DNA of 63,812 nt, counting the filler, from Licmophora abbreviata (taxonomy: Eukaryota), in assembly GCA_900291995.1 (NCBI GenBank). It is 23 parts of 23 records of this genome, joined end to end, with 100 filler letters (N's around TTAATTAATTAA, not from the genome) between each part and the next. Parts side by side here need not be neighbours in the genome. Positions count along the whole stretch, not along the records: positions 4,105 to 11,455 come from OLMU01006052.1; positions 11,556 to 13,495 come from OLMU01006053.1; positions 13,596 to 18,989 come from OLMU01006054.1; positions 19,090 to 21,377 come from OLMU01006055.1; 19 more parts are not named here. The stretch is one strand, 5' to 3'. The stretch's first letter is position 1, and every line of letters begins with the position of its first letter. The translations under genes were made by a program, and so were the position numbers. Positions 9,747 to 20,898 of this stretch are shown here, one piece after another. The notes under the pieces were generated by a model, which was given only the letters and a program-made list of their open reading frames with translations, searched no databases and had not been told where the DNA came from.

Positions 9747-11664
9747 TAGTAGTAGTCTAAAAGTAAAATCATTGAACAGCCAACAATGCATATTTGTTAT
9801 TGGGGCGAGAGTTTCATGACTGGCTAGCTAGCATTGGGTGCTTCTGTCTGTAACTGGAGAGCTTTCCAGGTACAGCCCACACTACAGTGCGGTACTAGTT
9901 CCTCGTCGTCGCCGTTCACAAACATGGATGCCGTATGCATGTAAAAAGGCACTCTTCACCCCCAACATGAGGCTGAGACTGATGTCATCATGGCCCGCTT
10001 GCATCTGTGGTACAGCATCACAAAAAATCGTTGAGAAAGACACAGTACCAACTCTTAGACTCAGCATAGCAACAACAGTAGTTCGATACGCATGCGCAAC
10101 AACAACAACAACCACAACGCCAGGATCAGATATGTGTGAAATTTCTCGACAGTATACGCCATGTGAGCGTCATTCCGTCAGCAATTGGACACTTTCAGTG
10201 TTATCATCCTATCCTGGGGCCTGTCCCAGCTGTATGTAGTCTACGACTAGCGTAGCTAGCATATATAATCATCATACGGCGGGTGCTTACCTCGAGCGAT
10301 TGACGTTCGCTATCATAGTATGTTTTGCTCACGGGCATACAAACTACCGTATCTCTGCCCAAGGACAATCAAGTTACTAGCAGTCTTGTGAGGTGCCTGT
10401 GGTCAAGCAACCCGTCGTGTCTTCCATTGCCGAAGATCGAGGAAGGGGGTTGCTGTTTTCTTCTTCCACTGCGCCGGAGAAAGCGGTTGTAACAGGTCGC
10501 AGTGGTCCTCCTATCCCCCCGGAGGACGATCGTTCACCACGTGCGCTCGAAAGTGCCGACCCGTACGATTCGGTCGGCTCAACGTACCTACGAGTACACC
10601 CCGCGCACCGCAGCCGCTCTCACCGATTCTTCCAGACTGTGTTTCCTCCAACAAGCACCCCAAAGAATCTCAGGAGGAGCTGGGTCGTGGTCAATGTATT
10701 CTGTCGGACGGGCGACACGCCTGGTACTCGTATGAAAGATCCGACAGCGATGAACCTGATCTCATTGATGCCCAGACGGGCTATGCGGAATACGAGATTA
10801 CACCAGACATGGTCGAGGGTACACTTCCAGAGGACTTGATCGGTGACTTGTACTGAAACGGGCCGGGAACGATGGGAGTCAAGCGACGAACGAGTGCAAC
10901 ACGTCTTGGACGGCTGTCGATGGATTGATTTTTCGCGTGCAGTTTCCCAAACACCCTACGAACGGGACGCCTCGCGAGATTAAATTTCAAGAGTGTCTTT
11001 GGAGACTCGCCACACCAAGGCGTCAACGCGAATCCACCTACTACGCCATTGCTATCCAACATCGCTGGGAATGCCTTTCGGACCAGCCTCAAGAATACAG
11101 CAAATACGCATGTCGAGTCTTTTGAAGGCAAAAGTATTGGCTCTGTTGTTATCGGATTATAGGAAGCGGGTCGCCAGTCAGGTCTGCCCGTCCATCAGAC
11201 ATGTCCTCTTCCGTCCGTGCGCGTCCCGTCCACGCGCCGCGCGGCTTATGATGTTTGATTTACATAGCACACATCTCAAGACGCCTCCTATGATCACAGT
11301 CCCTCGAGTCTTTCAAGTGAACCCTCAAGTCCTTCGAGTGAACCCATCACTTAAGCAAGTGTTTACTTCCGTCAGTCAAGCGGAAGCATTTGTTAGAGGA
11401 TTTCACCAGGCTAAAGGGAAGTCCTTATTCATCTCATTCCCTTGTGGTCGTTCCANNNNNNNNNNNNNNNNNNNNNNNNNNNNNNNNNNNNNNNNNNNNT
11501 TAATTAATTAANNNNNNNNNNNNNNNNNNNNNNNNNNNNNNNNNNNNNNNNNNNNGGCCCGCGCGAGACGATCTATGCCACCGGTGCGATCTGGAAATTC
11601 GCAAAGCTTGTGGGCGAGACCTACAAGGGGGCTGTGACCCATCCCGGCGGCAAGGCCGAGCGGC

Positions 11665-12450
11665 ATGTCTACATGGACCTTTGACGGGCCAGCGGCCCGG
11701 CGCATGGTGCGCCGGGCCTTTGTGCTTGGTGTGTGTTTGCCACTTGCGGGGTGCGTGATCGCGCCTCAGACCCGGTCGCAGTCGGATGTGGTGCAGCAGG
11801 TGGCGCTTTATGATGGCGAAGTGGTGGTCTCCGGGCCGCCAGGCTATTGCGTGGATGGCGCGCATATCCGGCGCAGTGCCTCGGGCGCCTTCGTTCCGAT
11901 GGCCAGTTGCGAAAGCCTGACAGGCACGCCGGGCGTCCCCGTGCAGGCGGCTCTGATGACCGTGTCGGTGCTGCCGCGCACAGGCGCCCCCGCCCAACGT
12001 CCCACCGCGCAAGAGATCGCCGCCTCGATGGCACCCATCGAAGCGCTTGACGTGATCGACGGCCCGGATCTGTCGATGGTCCGCTTCGCCATGGGCGGCG
12101 GGCAGCTCCTGCCGGGCGGCGATCCGCGCTATTGGCGGGGCGGCATGGTCATCAACGGGCATCTTCTGGGCCTGTCGGTCTATGGGCCTGCGGGCAGCTC
12201 TCTTGCTGGTGCTGACGGGCGGCGCCTTCTGTCGGATCTGGCTCAGGCGCTGCAGGCGGGCAGCCCCGATCTGGTCCTCGTGTCGGCCTCCGGGAGCGCG
12301 ACATCGCAGCCTTCCACCCAAACCCCGGATGCCGCTCCCGAGCCATCGGATGACACAGGCGCGGACACATCCTCCACCGATCCCGATACCGACGCGCGCC
12401 CAACCGGGTTGCGCTCGCTATTGAGTGGATTGTTTCGGAATTCAGGTTAG
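11665..12450 (+). CDS. Rhodobacteraceae hypothetical lipoprotein
   Basis: Lipobox-like LAGC; GPPGYCVD motif; GC-rich codon usage. Confidence 0.65.
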   Translation: MSTWTFDGPAARRMVRRAFVLGVCLPLAGCVIAPQTRSQSDVVQQVALYDGEVVVSGPPGYCVDGAHIRRSASGAFVPMASCESLTGTPGVPVQAALMTVSVLPRTGAPAQRPTAQEIAASMAPIEALDVIDGPDLSMVRFAMGGGQLLPGGDPRYWRGGMVINGHLLGLSVYGPAGSSLAGADGRRLLSDLAQALQAGSPDLVLVSASGSATSQPSTQTPDAAPEPSDDTGADTSSTDPDTDARPTGLRSLLSGLFRNSG

Positions 12451-12507
12451 TGCTATGACAGATCGTGTCGGGACAAGTTGGGCGGGTCGAGCCGGGATGA
12501 CATCTGC

Positions 12508-13281
12508 ATGATTGACAAGGGCACTGCCGTTCTGGACTGGCTCATGCATCGGCGCAATTTGCGTCGTTGGCGCAAGGTGGCCCGCAAGGCGCATGATCTC
12601 AGCCTGTCGCAATTGCGCATCGAGCGTGGGCGCGCCCATCACCTGCGGCACAGTCTGAACGAGGTGATCTCGGTGGCCGACAGCCGTCTGGCCCTGCCGA
12701 TGATCGGCTCGAACATCTTTCACAAGCCGCATGGCACCGACTGGTCATGGCGCCCGAACCTCTGGTGCCAGCCTCTCGCGATGCCCGGCATGTCCACCGT
12801 GGCCAGCAAGACGCGCCTCGGCGATGTGGTGACATTGTATCACGATTGCGAACAATCCGAGCTGACCCTCCGGCAGGTCCGGAACCAGAGCGAGGCCGAT
12901 CTTGCCCCGTTCGGTCTGCGCATGGACGTGTTCCGCTTCGACGGCTCTTTCCTGTCGCTCTTGCTGGACCTGCCCGAGCAGGCGATGATGGGCCTCCAAC
13001 GCCGCCACCTGATCAGGCTCGACACAAACATCGAACTGGAAAAACCAATCGAGATCTTCATCCGTCTCAACATCAAGCACGGCCCGAACACCGAACAGCT
13101 CGTGCGCGAATTGCCCCTCCACGAAGACGAGATCGCGGTCGAATTCGATCTGGCCTATTCCAACATCAACGAAAAGCGGGTCGAGCGCGCTTGGGTCGAT
13201 CTGATCTTCGAGAACCCGCAGATGAGTCAGGTGATCATCCGCGACCTGACCTTCTGCCGCCACCCCCGCGCCGAGTTCTGA
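12508..13281 (+). CDS. Conserved Rhodobacteraceae protein (DUF6478-like)
   Basis: Long ORF with typical codon bias; DWSWRP, FDGSFLSL and NIKHGPNTEQ motifs; start codon uncertain. Confidence 0.65.
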   Translation: MIDKGTAVLDWLMHRRNLRRWRKVARKAHDLSLSQLRIERGRAHHLRHSLNEVISVADSRLALPMIGSNIFHKPHGTDWSWRPNLWCQPLAMPGMSTVASKTRLGDVVTLYHDCEQSELTLRQVRNQSEADLAPFGLRMDVFRFDGSFLSLLLDLPEQAMMGLQRRHLIRLDTNIELEKPIEIFIRLNIKHGPNTEQLVRELPLHEDEIAVEFDLAYSNINEKRVERAWVDLIFENPQMSQVIIRDLTFCRHPRAEF

Positions 13282-13295
13282 TCCAGAGGTTTCGC

Positions 13296-13762
13296 ATGTC
13301 CAAGCTCACACTGACCAAGACACGGCTGCTCGAAGGCGTCTGGCAAGGCGTTCTGACCTGCGAGGGCGAGGGCAATTACCAGCCCGATATTCAGGTGACC
13401 CACCTGCAAGAGGATATCCCCGGCGTCGAGATCGTGGAAAACCCCGAGCAAAAGCTCTGGACCATCCGCATCCCGATCCCCCCGGAAAAGATCTCNNNNN
13501 NNNNNNNNNNNNNNNNNNNNNNNNNNNNNNNNNNNNNNNTTAATTAATTAANNNNNNNNNNNNNNNNNNNNNNNNNNNNNNNNNNNNNNNNNNNNAGACC
13601 TTCTTGATCCTCGACCGCAAGACCGGCGAGACATTGGACAGCTTCACGCTGATCGCCGGTGACGCGCTCAGCGACGACATCCGCGCCGAGGTGACGCTCC
13701 TGCGCGAGGAACTCGACATGCTCAAACGCGCCTTTCGTCGGCATTGCCTCGAGACGATGTAA
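13296..13762 (+). CDS. Conserved hypothetical protein, interrupted by gap
   Basis: MSKLTLTKTRL... before the gap; ...DDIRAEVTLLREELDMLKRAFRRHC after it. Confidence 0.7.
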
Positions 13763-13795
13763 GGCTCAGGCCGGGCCGGTGCCGGATCGAGGGGC

Positions 13796-14341
13796 CTACG
13801 CCGCCCCCTTCCATGTCAGCGGCGTGAGATACACCATGCCGTCTCCGACACTGACCATCACCTCGCCGTCCTGGATATTGACCTGAATTTTCATCGCGCG
13901 GCTGGCAAGCTTCGCCAACGCGCCAGTCTCCTCTTCGGAAAACCCGATCACCTGCAGATTGTCGAAGCGCGCGGTGCTGCCCTTGATCTTGTCCCACCAG
14001 ATCTCGGCGGTCCTGCCGCCATAGGGATACAGGACCACCCGCCCCGCCTTGGCACAGGATTGCCGCACCACCTTGTCACTGGGCAGCCCCAGCGTCACCC
14101 AGACATCCAGCTCCCCGCTCAGGCTTTTTTGCCAGATATCCGGCTCGTCATCGGTGGACAGCCCCTTGGTCATCTCCAGATGCTCATGGGCATTGAGCGC
14201 AAAGGCCACGATGCGCAGCATCATCCGCTCATCGGTTTCCGAAGGATGCTTGGCAATGGTCAGCTTGTGGGTCTCGTAATAGTGACGATCCATGTCACTG
14301 ACCGACAGCTCGACCTTATGGATGGTAGCATTCTGCGCCAT
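13796..14341 (-). CDS. yaeQ: YaeQ family protein
   Basis: ATIHK..SDMDRHYY..HPSETDERMMLR..GLSTDDEPDIW. Confidence 0.92.
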   Translation of the reverse strand: MAQNATIHKVELSVSDMDRHYYETHKLTIAKHPSETDERMMLRIVAFALNAHEHLEMTKGLSTDDEPDIWQKSLSGELDVWVTLGLPSDKVVRQSCAKAGRVVLYPYGGRTAEIWWDKIKGSTARFDNLQVIGFSEEETGALAKLASRAMKIQVNIQDGEVMVSVGDGMVYLTPLTWKGAA

Positions 14342-14439
14342 GCGATGTCCCGACCTTGCAAAGATCGCGATGCCTACAGCGTCTTGGAGGATTGTGAAAG
14401 GGGGGAGTGGGGGTGTTTCCGAGCGGGCATACCTAATTA

Positions 14440-16164
14440 TTATGAATTACCCTTGCTCTTCTTTTCTTCAATCAGTGAAGCAGTGCGACGGAGTGCTTCT
14501 TCTAGGAAAGGTTGGGATTTCAAAACATCACGCGAAATATCAGGGTCCGGAATACCGGTCGTGATGAGCGCTTCCAGTTCATTAAATTTTTCGCCATCGT
14601 TTGCTGAAAATAGGCCATATATGGCGTCAAACTTGTTATTGAAACCACTGATCTTAAAGAGCGCGCCACAATACTGAGATGCTAAAGAGAGAATGTGCCA
14701 GCGGAGTTTGGAATAGCGCGGATCAAACCTCTTGTTCGAAATCAGCAACTTTATTCGATATAGAGCGTAGCAAGAAACATAATATAAGTCTTCTTTGTGC
14801 TTGGTTGAGTATACCTCACCCAAAAGATCGCCGGTTAACCGATTTGGATAACGACTTGCAATATCCGGTCGCATCATCTGGGTAGCTGCAAAACAGCGAG
14901 CCGTCTCCCTAACGTCAAAAATCCTTACCGCAGCGATATTTTCTGGGCCATATTGACCTTTCCGACGTTCAAAATAAAGCCGGTTGGCCTCATCTTCACC
15001 TCTTGCGCGAAAATACTGCTCTAGATCTTTCAAAAAGCTCATCGTGGATACGAATTGTGCGTCTTCAACTTTAGATTGGCGATTTGTCGCACGAACAATG
15101 TCATCAATGACATTTGGATCATCAGCTTGAATGAGTTTCACCATAAGGCTTACACCATGCTGAATATTTTCATCCTCCGCGATCAACATATTTGAGGTTT
15201 GACATCCATTCACAATCTGAAAATCGCGCACGAAGATGTCTTGGCCGGCAACACGAACATCATCAGCGACTATGGTCACTCCGTTATTCATGATGCCAAA
15301 TCGATCTTTTTTCGTTGTGTCTGAAAGCGTTGCTGACATTTCGGAGTTCACTTCTGCATCAACGCCCAAAAAGTCCCTCACATTTTCCTCAAATAATTTT
15401 TTTCGGACATTTCCTCCGGAATCTTTCAGCACAGAATCGATGAAGTCTCTGGCGTGAACTGTGGCTACGTATGCGTTCACAATGTCTGGTGCGACTGGAA
15501 ACGGAGCGTAGCCTACCGTTTTCAGTGTAGCTTCCACGCTACCGTTAATGCCTAGCCAAAATTCATGGAGCACATCCCGATGCGCTTTTTCAAACGCAAC
15601 AGCAGAAAAGAAGCCCGTCTTTTCAAGTGACTTAGCGCCAATCATAAAAGCAGCATTAATTTCTGTTGCATCTGTATCAGGCGCAGCTGTTGCAAAATAT
15701 GCTCGCACTTCCGGACGTCCGCCTTTAACACGCCCAATGTTTTTAAAGATCGCGTGGAAGATTTTTTTGAACTCGGCCAGTGCTTCACCATGAGGCTGCG
15801 CGGGAGTTTCTGACAAAAGATCAACTATTGCTGCAGCAAAAGAATCAATTTCTTTCTTTTGCCAACTGACCGAACTCTTAGCTTGCGTGAAGACAACCGT
15901 GAAATCCATGTCACGCTTTGAGGAGCTAAGAATCGAAGCAAGCTCTTCGACGGAAAAGACGGCCCTGTCTTCTACAAAGACAAAAGCCCCATCGATACCT
16001 GGATCGGCATCTTCATAGACTAATTCTGAGGGCTCAATATTGTCGGCTGAAAATTGTGAGAAGACACAATAGTTTGCAAAGCACTCAAAGTTTTTGCCAT
16101 CATCGTACGGTGGATTGAACTCGTTACAAAATGCGTCAAAGTAGGATTTGGTTACCAGATGCAT
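14440..16164 (-). CDS. AIPR family (abortive infection phage resistance) protein
   Basis: GIDG, LFEENVRDFLG, NNGVTIVA, QIVNGCQT, ATNRQ and YFERR motifs; clearly lower GC than flanks. Confidence 0.88.
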   Translation of the reverse strand: MHLVTKSYFDAFCNEFNPPYDDGKNFECFANYCVFSQFSADNIEPSELVYEDADPGIDGAFVFVEDRAVFSVEELASILSSSKRDMDFTVVFTQAKSSVSWQKKEIDSFAAAIVDLLSETPAQPHGEALAEFKKIFHAIFKNIGRVKGGRPEVRAYFATAAPDTDATEINAAFMIGAKSLEKTGFFSAVAFEKAHRDVLHEFWLGINGSVEATLKTVGYAPFPVAPDIVNAYVATVHARDFIDSVLKDSGGNVRKKLFEENVRDFLGVDAEVNSEMSATLSDTTKKDRFGIMNNGVTIVADDVRVAGQDIFVRDFQIVNGCQTSNMLIAEDENIQHGVSLMVKLIQADDPNVIDDIVRATNRQSKVEDAQFVSTMSFLKDLEQYFRARGEDEANRLYFERRKGQYGPENIAAVRIFDVRETARCFAATQMMRPDIASRYPNRLTGDLLGEVYSTKHKEDLYYVSCYALYRIKLLISNKRFDPRYSKLRWHILSLASQYCGALFKISGFNNKFDAIYGLFSANDGEKFNELEALITTGIPDPDISRDVLKSQPFLEEALRRTASLIEEKKSKGNS

Positions 16165-16273
16165 CACACTGCTCCGCCGAGTTGAGCTGATTTGGCGACA
16201 CATTATCTCAGATTGAAGTCTGATCCAATTCTTATTTCTCCAGTATGATAATTCATTTGCTTTGCGCTAACTA

Positions 16274-17443
16274 TCACCCCCCCTTGGGCAGGGAAACGAT
16301 CGTCGGTTCGGTCTCGGGGGCCAGTTCCTCGAAGTCGAAATTGTCCAGTCGGCGGGCGCGGCGGCCGGCCTTGTCGGCGGAAATCTTGATCTCGCTGATA
16401 TCCTTGGCGGCCTGGTTGAAATGCCGGTCAAGGTTCTCCACCCGCGTCCCCAGCCGTTCCACATCCCCGAAGAGCAGCCCCAATTCGCGCCGGATCGCCC
16501 CGGCCTGTTCGCGCATCCGCGCGTCCTTGAGGATCGCGCGCATCGTGTTCAGCGTCGCCATGCAGGTGGTCGGCGACACGATCCACACTCGCTTGTCGAA
16601 CCCCTCGCGCACCAGCTCGGGGAAATTGGCGTGCAACTCGGCATAGACCGCCTCGGAGGGCAGGAACATCAGCGCCCCATCCGCCGTCTCGCCATCGAGG
16701 ATGTATTTCTCGGCGATGTCCCGCAGGTGCTTGCGCACCGAGGCGCGCAGGAACCTGGCGGCCTCGTTCACCTCCCAGTCGGTCGTGGCGCGGCGCAGCG
16801 CCTCATAGGCCTCCAGCGGGAACTTGCTGTCGATGCAGATCGGCCCCGGCGGGTTGGGCAGATGGATCAGGCAATCCGCCCGCCGCCCGTTGCTCAATGT
16901 CGCCTGCAGCGTGTAGCTGTCCGAGGGCAGCGCCTTGGTCACGATGTCGTGCAGCTGGATTTCCCCGAACGCGCCGCGCGTCTGCTTGTTCGACAGGATA
17001 TCCTGCAGGCTCAGCACATCGCCCGACAGCTTGGTGATGTTCTCCTGCGCCTTGTCGATCGCCATCAGCCGTTGCTGCAGATCCCCCAGCGATTGCGCCG
17101 TGCGCCGGGCCGACCCTTGCAGGTTCTCGGCCATCTGCCCCGACACGTCCGACAGCCGCTTTTCCATCAGCTGCAGAAGATGCGACTGCGCCGCCGCCTG
17201 TGCCTCGGACACATGGTTCAACCCGCCCGCCAGCTGCTGTTGCCCCTGGCTCAGCATCTGCACATTCTGCCCCAGCTGGCCCACCTGCCGTGCCAGCGGT
17301 TCGGTCATCCGCGCCGTGCGCGCCGCCGTGCGGACCGCCATCATCAGCAGGACCAGCACCAGCACGATCAGCCCCGCCGCCGCAATAGCCGCCAGCACCA
17401 CGGGATCATCCAAGGCATAGCGCGTCTCGCCGATCTGGATCAT
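16274..17443 (-). CDS. rmuC: DNA recombination protein RmuC
   Basis: [28 protein letters not shown]; start overlaps mutL stop (ATGA). Confidence 0.92.
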   Translation of the reverse strand: MIQIGETRYALDDPVVLAAIAAAGLIVLVLVLLMMAVRTAARTARMTEPLARQVGQLGQNVQMLSQGQQQLAGGLNHVSEAQAAAQSHLLQLMEKRLSDVSGQMAENLQGSARRTAQSLGDLQQRLMAIDKAQENITKLSGDVLSLQDILSNKQTRGAFGEIQLHDIVTKALPSDSYTLQATLSNGRRADCLIHLPNPPGPICIDSKFPLEAYEALRRATTDWEVNEAARFLRASVRKHLRDIAEKYILDGETADGALMFLPSEAVYAELHANFPELVREGFDKRVWIVSPTTCMATLNTMRAILKDARMREQAGAIRRELGLLFGDVERLGTRVENLDRHFNQAAKDISEIKISADKAGRRARRLDNFDFEELAPETEPTIVSLPKGG

Positions 17444-19356
17444 GTGCGTCCGAACAGCCTCTCGATATCGGCCAGCTTGAGATCCACATAGGTGGGCCGG
17501 CCATGGTTGCACTGTCCCGAATGGGGCGTCGCTTCCATCTCGCGCAAAAGCGCGTTCATCTCCTCGGCCCGCAGCCGCCGCCCGCTGCGCACCGATCCAT
17601 GACAGGCCACCCGGCTCAGGATCGCCTCGATCCGCGCCTGCACCGTGCCGCTGTCTCCCTGATCGGTCAGCTCATCGAGGATATCCAGCAGCATCGCCCG
17701 CGCGTCACAGGCCCCAAGGATCGCGGGCGTTTCGCGCACCGCCACCGCCCCGCCGCCGAACGGCTCGATCACCAGCCCCAGACGCGCCAGATCCTCGGCC
17801 AGCTCCAGCAGGCTCGCGGCATCGTCCCCCGACATCTCGACGATCTCGGGGATCAGCAGCGCCTGACTTGCAACGCCTGTCTCGGCCATCTGCCGCTTGA
17901 GCTTTTCATAGACGATACGCTCATGCGCGGCATGGGCATCCACGATCACGATCCCGTCGGTAGTCTGCGCAAGGATGTAATTTTCATGAAGCTGCGCGCG
18001 CGCCGCGCCAAGCGGCAGTGCCTCGGGTGGCACGTCATCGGGCGCGGTCTCGTCGGCAGGATCGCTGCATGGCTCGACCCGCGCGCTGAATGCGCCCGCC
18101 ATCTCGGCAAAGCCCGGCGCCTGCGCCTGATAGGCCGCGACGCGCGCCTGTGCCGACGGGCGGTCCATCTGATAGACCCGGGCCGGCCCTGCGGGCTGGG
18201 GCCGCATCGCGCCAAGCGTGGCGCCCGCCACCGTGCTTGAGGCGCGATGCCCCGCCTCGGCCAGCGCATGACGCAGCCCCGACACGATCAGCCCGCGCGC
18301 CAGACCCGGATCGCGGAACCGCACCTCGGATTTGGCGGGATGCACGTTCACATCCACCAGCATCGGATCGCACTCCATAAACAGCGCCGCCGCCGGGTGC
18401 CGGTCCCGGCTCAGCACATCCATATACGCCGCGCGCAGCGCGCCGATCATCATCCGGTCGCGCACCGGCCTGCCATTCACGAACAGGTATTGCGCCACCG
18501 CCGATCCGCGTGAATAGGTGGGCAGCGCGGCATAGCCCGTCATCCGCAGCCCGTCGCGTGTGGCATCGATCCTCAGCGCGTTATCCGCGAAATCGCTGCC
18601 CAGGATCCGCCCCAACCGGCCATGCAACGCATCGAACATGTCGCCGGTCTCGGCATCCGCGCGAAACACCATCCGCCCCTCGCCGCCACCCGACACATCG
18701 CGCAGGGTAAAGCTCACGAAGGGCTCGGCCATCGCCAGCCGTCGCACGATATCACCGATCGCCTGCGCCTCGGCCCGGTCCGAACGCATGAATTTCAGCC
18801 GCGCAGGCGTGGCATGAAACAGATCGCGCAGCGTGACGATCGTGCCGCCATTCAGTGCCGCGGGCTTCACCTTGCCCATCTGTCCGCCGCTGACGGCGAT
18901 CTCGGCGGCCTCGTGACCCCTCGCGCGTGAGGTGATCGTCAGACGCCCCACCGCGCCAAGGCTGGGCAGCGCCTCGCCGCGAAACCCGANNNNNNNNNNN
19001 NNNNNNNNNNNNNNNNNNNNNNNNNNNNNNNNNTTAATTAATTAANNNNNNNNNNNNNNNNNNNNNNNNNNNNNNNNNNNNNNNNNNNNCGTGGCGTGCC
19101 GCGACAGCGCAAGCGCAAGGCTGTCCGGCGCGATCCCGCAGCCATCATCGGTCACCCGGATCAGTGTCTTGCCGCCATCCGCATAGGCCACGTCGATTCG
19201 CCGCGCGCCTGCGTCCAGCGCGTTTTCCACCAGTTCCTTGACCGCCGAAGCCGGTCTTTCCACAACCTCGCCCGCCGCGATGCGGTTGATCGCCGCGTCG
19301 TCCAGCTGCCGGATCACCGGCTGCGATTGGCTCATATTGGGGCTGGCTGTGTTCAT
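17440..19356 (-). CDS. mutL: DNA mismatch repair protein MutL, interrupted by gap
   Basis: [50 protein letters not shown]. Confidence 0.96.
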
Positions 19357-19457
19357 GCCCCAATACCTAGCATGGGTGGCGCCGATTCTGCCAGATCACT
19401 CTTGGGTCTGCCGCGGTGGTCGAAAAAGACCCACGTTGCGGGTTGGAATGCTATTGT

Positions 19458-19473
19458 ATTCAATTACGTGAAT
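19458..19473. promoter_or_regulatory. Putative SqrR/BigR-type persulfide-responsive repressor box (ATTC-N8-GAAT)
   Basis: ATTC-AATTACGT-GAAT about 50 bp upstream of the persulfide dioxygenase gene. Confidence 0.6.
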
Positions 19474-19521
19474 GCAAAGCTGTTTGATGATCATTCAGCC
19501 AACCACATGGAGGACATGCCG

Positions 19522-20421
19522 ATGTTCAGCCGCACCAGCCCCGGCACGGGCGCACAGTCACCCACCGTAACCGGGTTTCACGATCCCGCCACCGGATCGA
19601 TCCAATATGTCGTTGCGGATGACAGCACGAAGAAAGCCGCCCTGATCGACGTGGTGCTTGATTTCGACCCGGCCGAGGCCCGCACCCGCCACGACTCGGC
19701 GCAGGAGATCGTGGATTTCGTCCGCCGCGAAGGGCTCGAGGTCGAGTGGGTTCTCGATACCCACCCGCATGCCGATCACCTCATGGCCTCGGCCTGGCTC
19801 AAGGAACAGCTTGGCGCGCCCGCTGCCATCGGCGCGCGTGTGCGCGACATCGCCCGGCTTTGGGAAAAGATCTACAACACGCCTGACGCCTTCGATCCCG
19901 ACCGCGATTTTGACCGCCTGTTCGAGGACGGGGACACCTTCAAGCTGGGCAATCTGGACGTGCGTGTGATGCTCTCGCCGGGGCACACGCTTGGCTCAAT
20001 CACCTATGTGGTGGGCGATGACGCGGCTTTCGTGCATGACACGCTGATGCATGTGGATGTCGGCACCTCGCGTGCGGATTTCCCCGGTGGATCGTCGAAC
20101 GAGCTTTACGACAGCCTGCGGGCGATCTTGGCGCTGCCCGATCAGACGCGGCTTTTTATCGGCCATGATTATCCGCCCGTCGGGGATCGCACAGAGCCTG
20201 CCTGGGAAGCGACCGTGGCCAGCCACAAGGCCGACAATCCGCATATCGGGGGCGAGGCGACGCGTGAAACCTTCACCAGGCTGCGCGATGAGCGCGACGC
20301 CACGCTCGGCCTGCCGGACAGGATACTTTACGCCTTGCAGGTCAATCTGCGCGGCGGTCGCCTGCCCGATCCCGAAGGCGACGGGAAGCGCTATTTCAAG
20401 ATCCCCGCAAACCGTTTCTGA
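19522..20421 (+). CDS. MBL-fold persulfide dioxygenase (Blh/ETHE1-like)
   Basis: THPHADH, PGHT, RADFPGG, GHDY, LQVNLRGG; GGAGG RBS upstream. Confidence 0.88.
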   Translation: MFSRTSPGTGAQSPTVTGFHDPATGSIQYVVADDSTKKAALIDVVLDFDPAEARTRHDSAQEIVDFVRREGLEVEWVLDTHPHADHLMASAWLKEQLGAPAAIGARVRDIARLWEKIYNTPDAFDPDRDFDRLFEDGDTFKLGNLDVRVMLSPGHTLGSITYVVGDDAAFVHDTLMHVDVGTSRADFPGGSSNELYDSLRAILALPDQTRLFIGHDYPPVGDRTEPAWEATVASHKADNPHIGGEATRETFTRLRDERDATLGLPDRILYALQVNLRGGRLPDPEGDGKRYFKIPANRF

Positions 20422-20439
20422 GCCCCGAAAGGACCAAGA

Positions 20440-20817
20440 ATGAAAACCGAAACCATAGGTTCCGCCGAATTGCAGATCTGGACCGTCGACGAGGTGGCGC
20501 AAGCCTGGGCGCGCAACGAGGTCGTGCTGATCGACGTGCGCACGCCGCAGGAATACATGTTCGAGCATATCGAAGGCGCGCTGCTTCTGCCTTTGCCGTT
20601 CTTCAACGCCGACAAGCTGCCGGGCCAGAGCGACAAGAAGATCCTGTTTCATTGCGGCTCGGGCATACGCTCGGACAAGGTGGCGCGCGCGGCTCTCGGC
20701 GCCGGGATCGACCGGATCGCCCATATGGAAGGCGGGTTCGCCGCTTGGAAACAGGCGGGCTTGCCCTTTATCGGCACCAACATGGCCACCGGCGCGCCAC
20801 AGCGCGTCAACGGCTGA
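20440..20817 (+). CDS. Rhodanese-like sulfurtransferase
   Basis: LIDVRTPQEY..HIEGA; active-site loop HCGSGIRS; MEGGFAAW. Confidence 0.9.
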   Translation: MKTETIGSAELQIWTVDEVAQAWARNEVVLIDVRTPQEYMFEHIEGALLLPLPFFNADKLPGQSDKKILFHCGSGIRSDKVARAALGAGIDRIAHMEGGFAAWKQAGLPFIGTNMATGAPQRVNG

Positions 20818-20842
20818 TCGCTTCGTCGTCAGACAACGAAAA

Positions 20843-20866
20843 ATCCCGGGCGCTGACGCCCGGGAT
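20843..20866. terminator. Intrinsic terminator between convergent rhodanese and amtB
   Basis: Perfect 10-bp stem ATCCCGGGCG-ctga-CGCCCGGGAT next to an A-run (U-tail on the minus strand). Confidence 0.75.
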
Positions 20867-20898
20867 CTGTTTCTCGCAAGTCACTGATCGGAAGGATA

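Noticed and set aside
9838..11455. Possible degraded gene or transposon, including a 21-bp tandem duplication near 11301-11345
   Set aside because: No recognisable domain, terminal repeat or consistent reading frame; left unannotated
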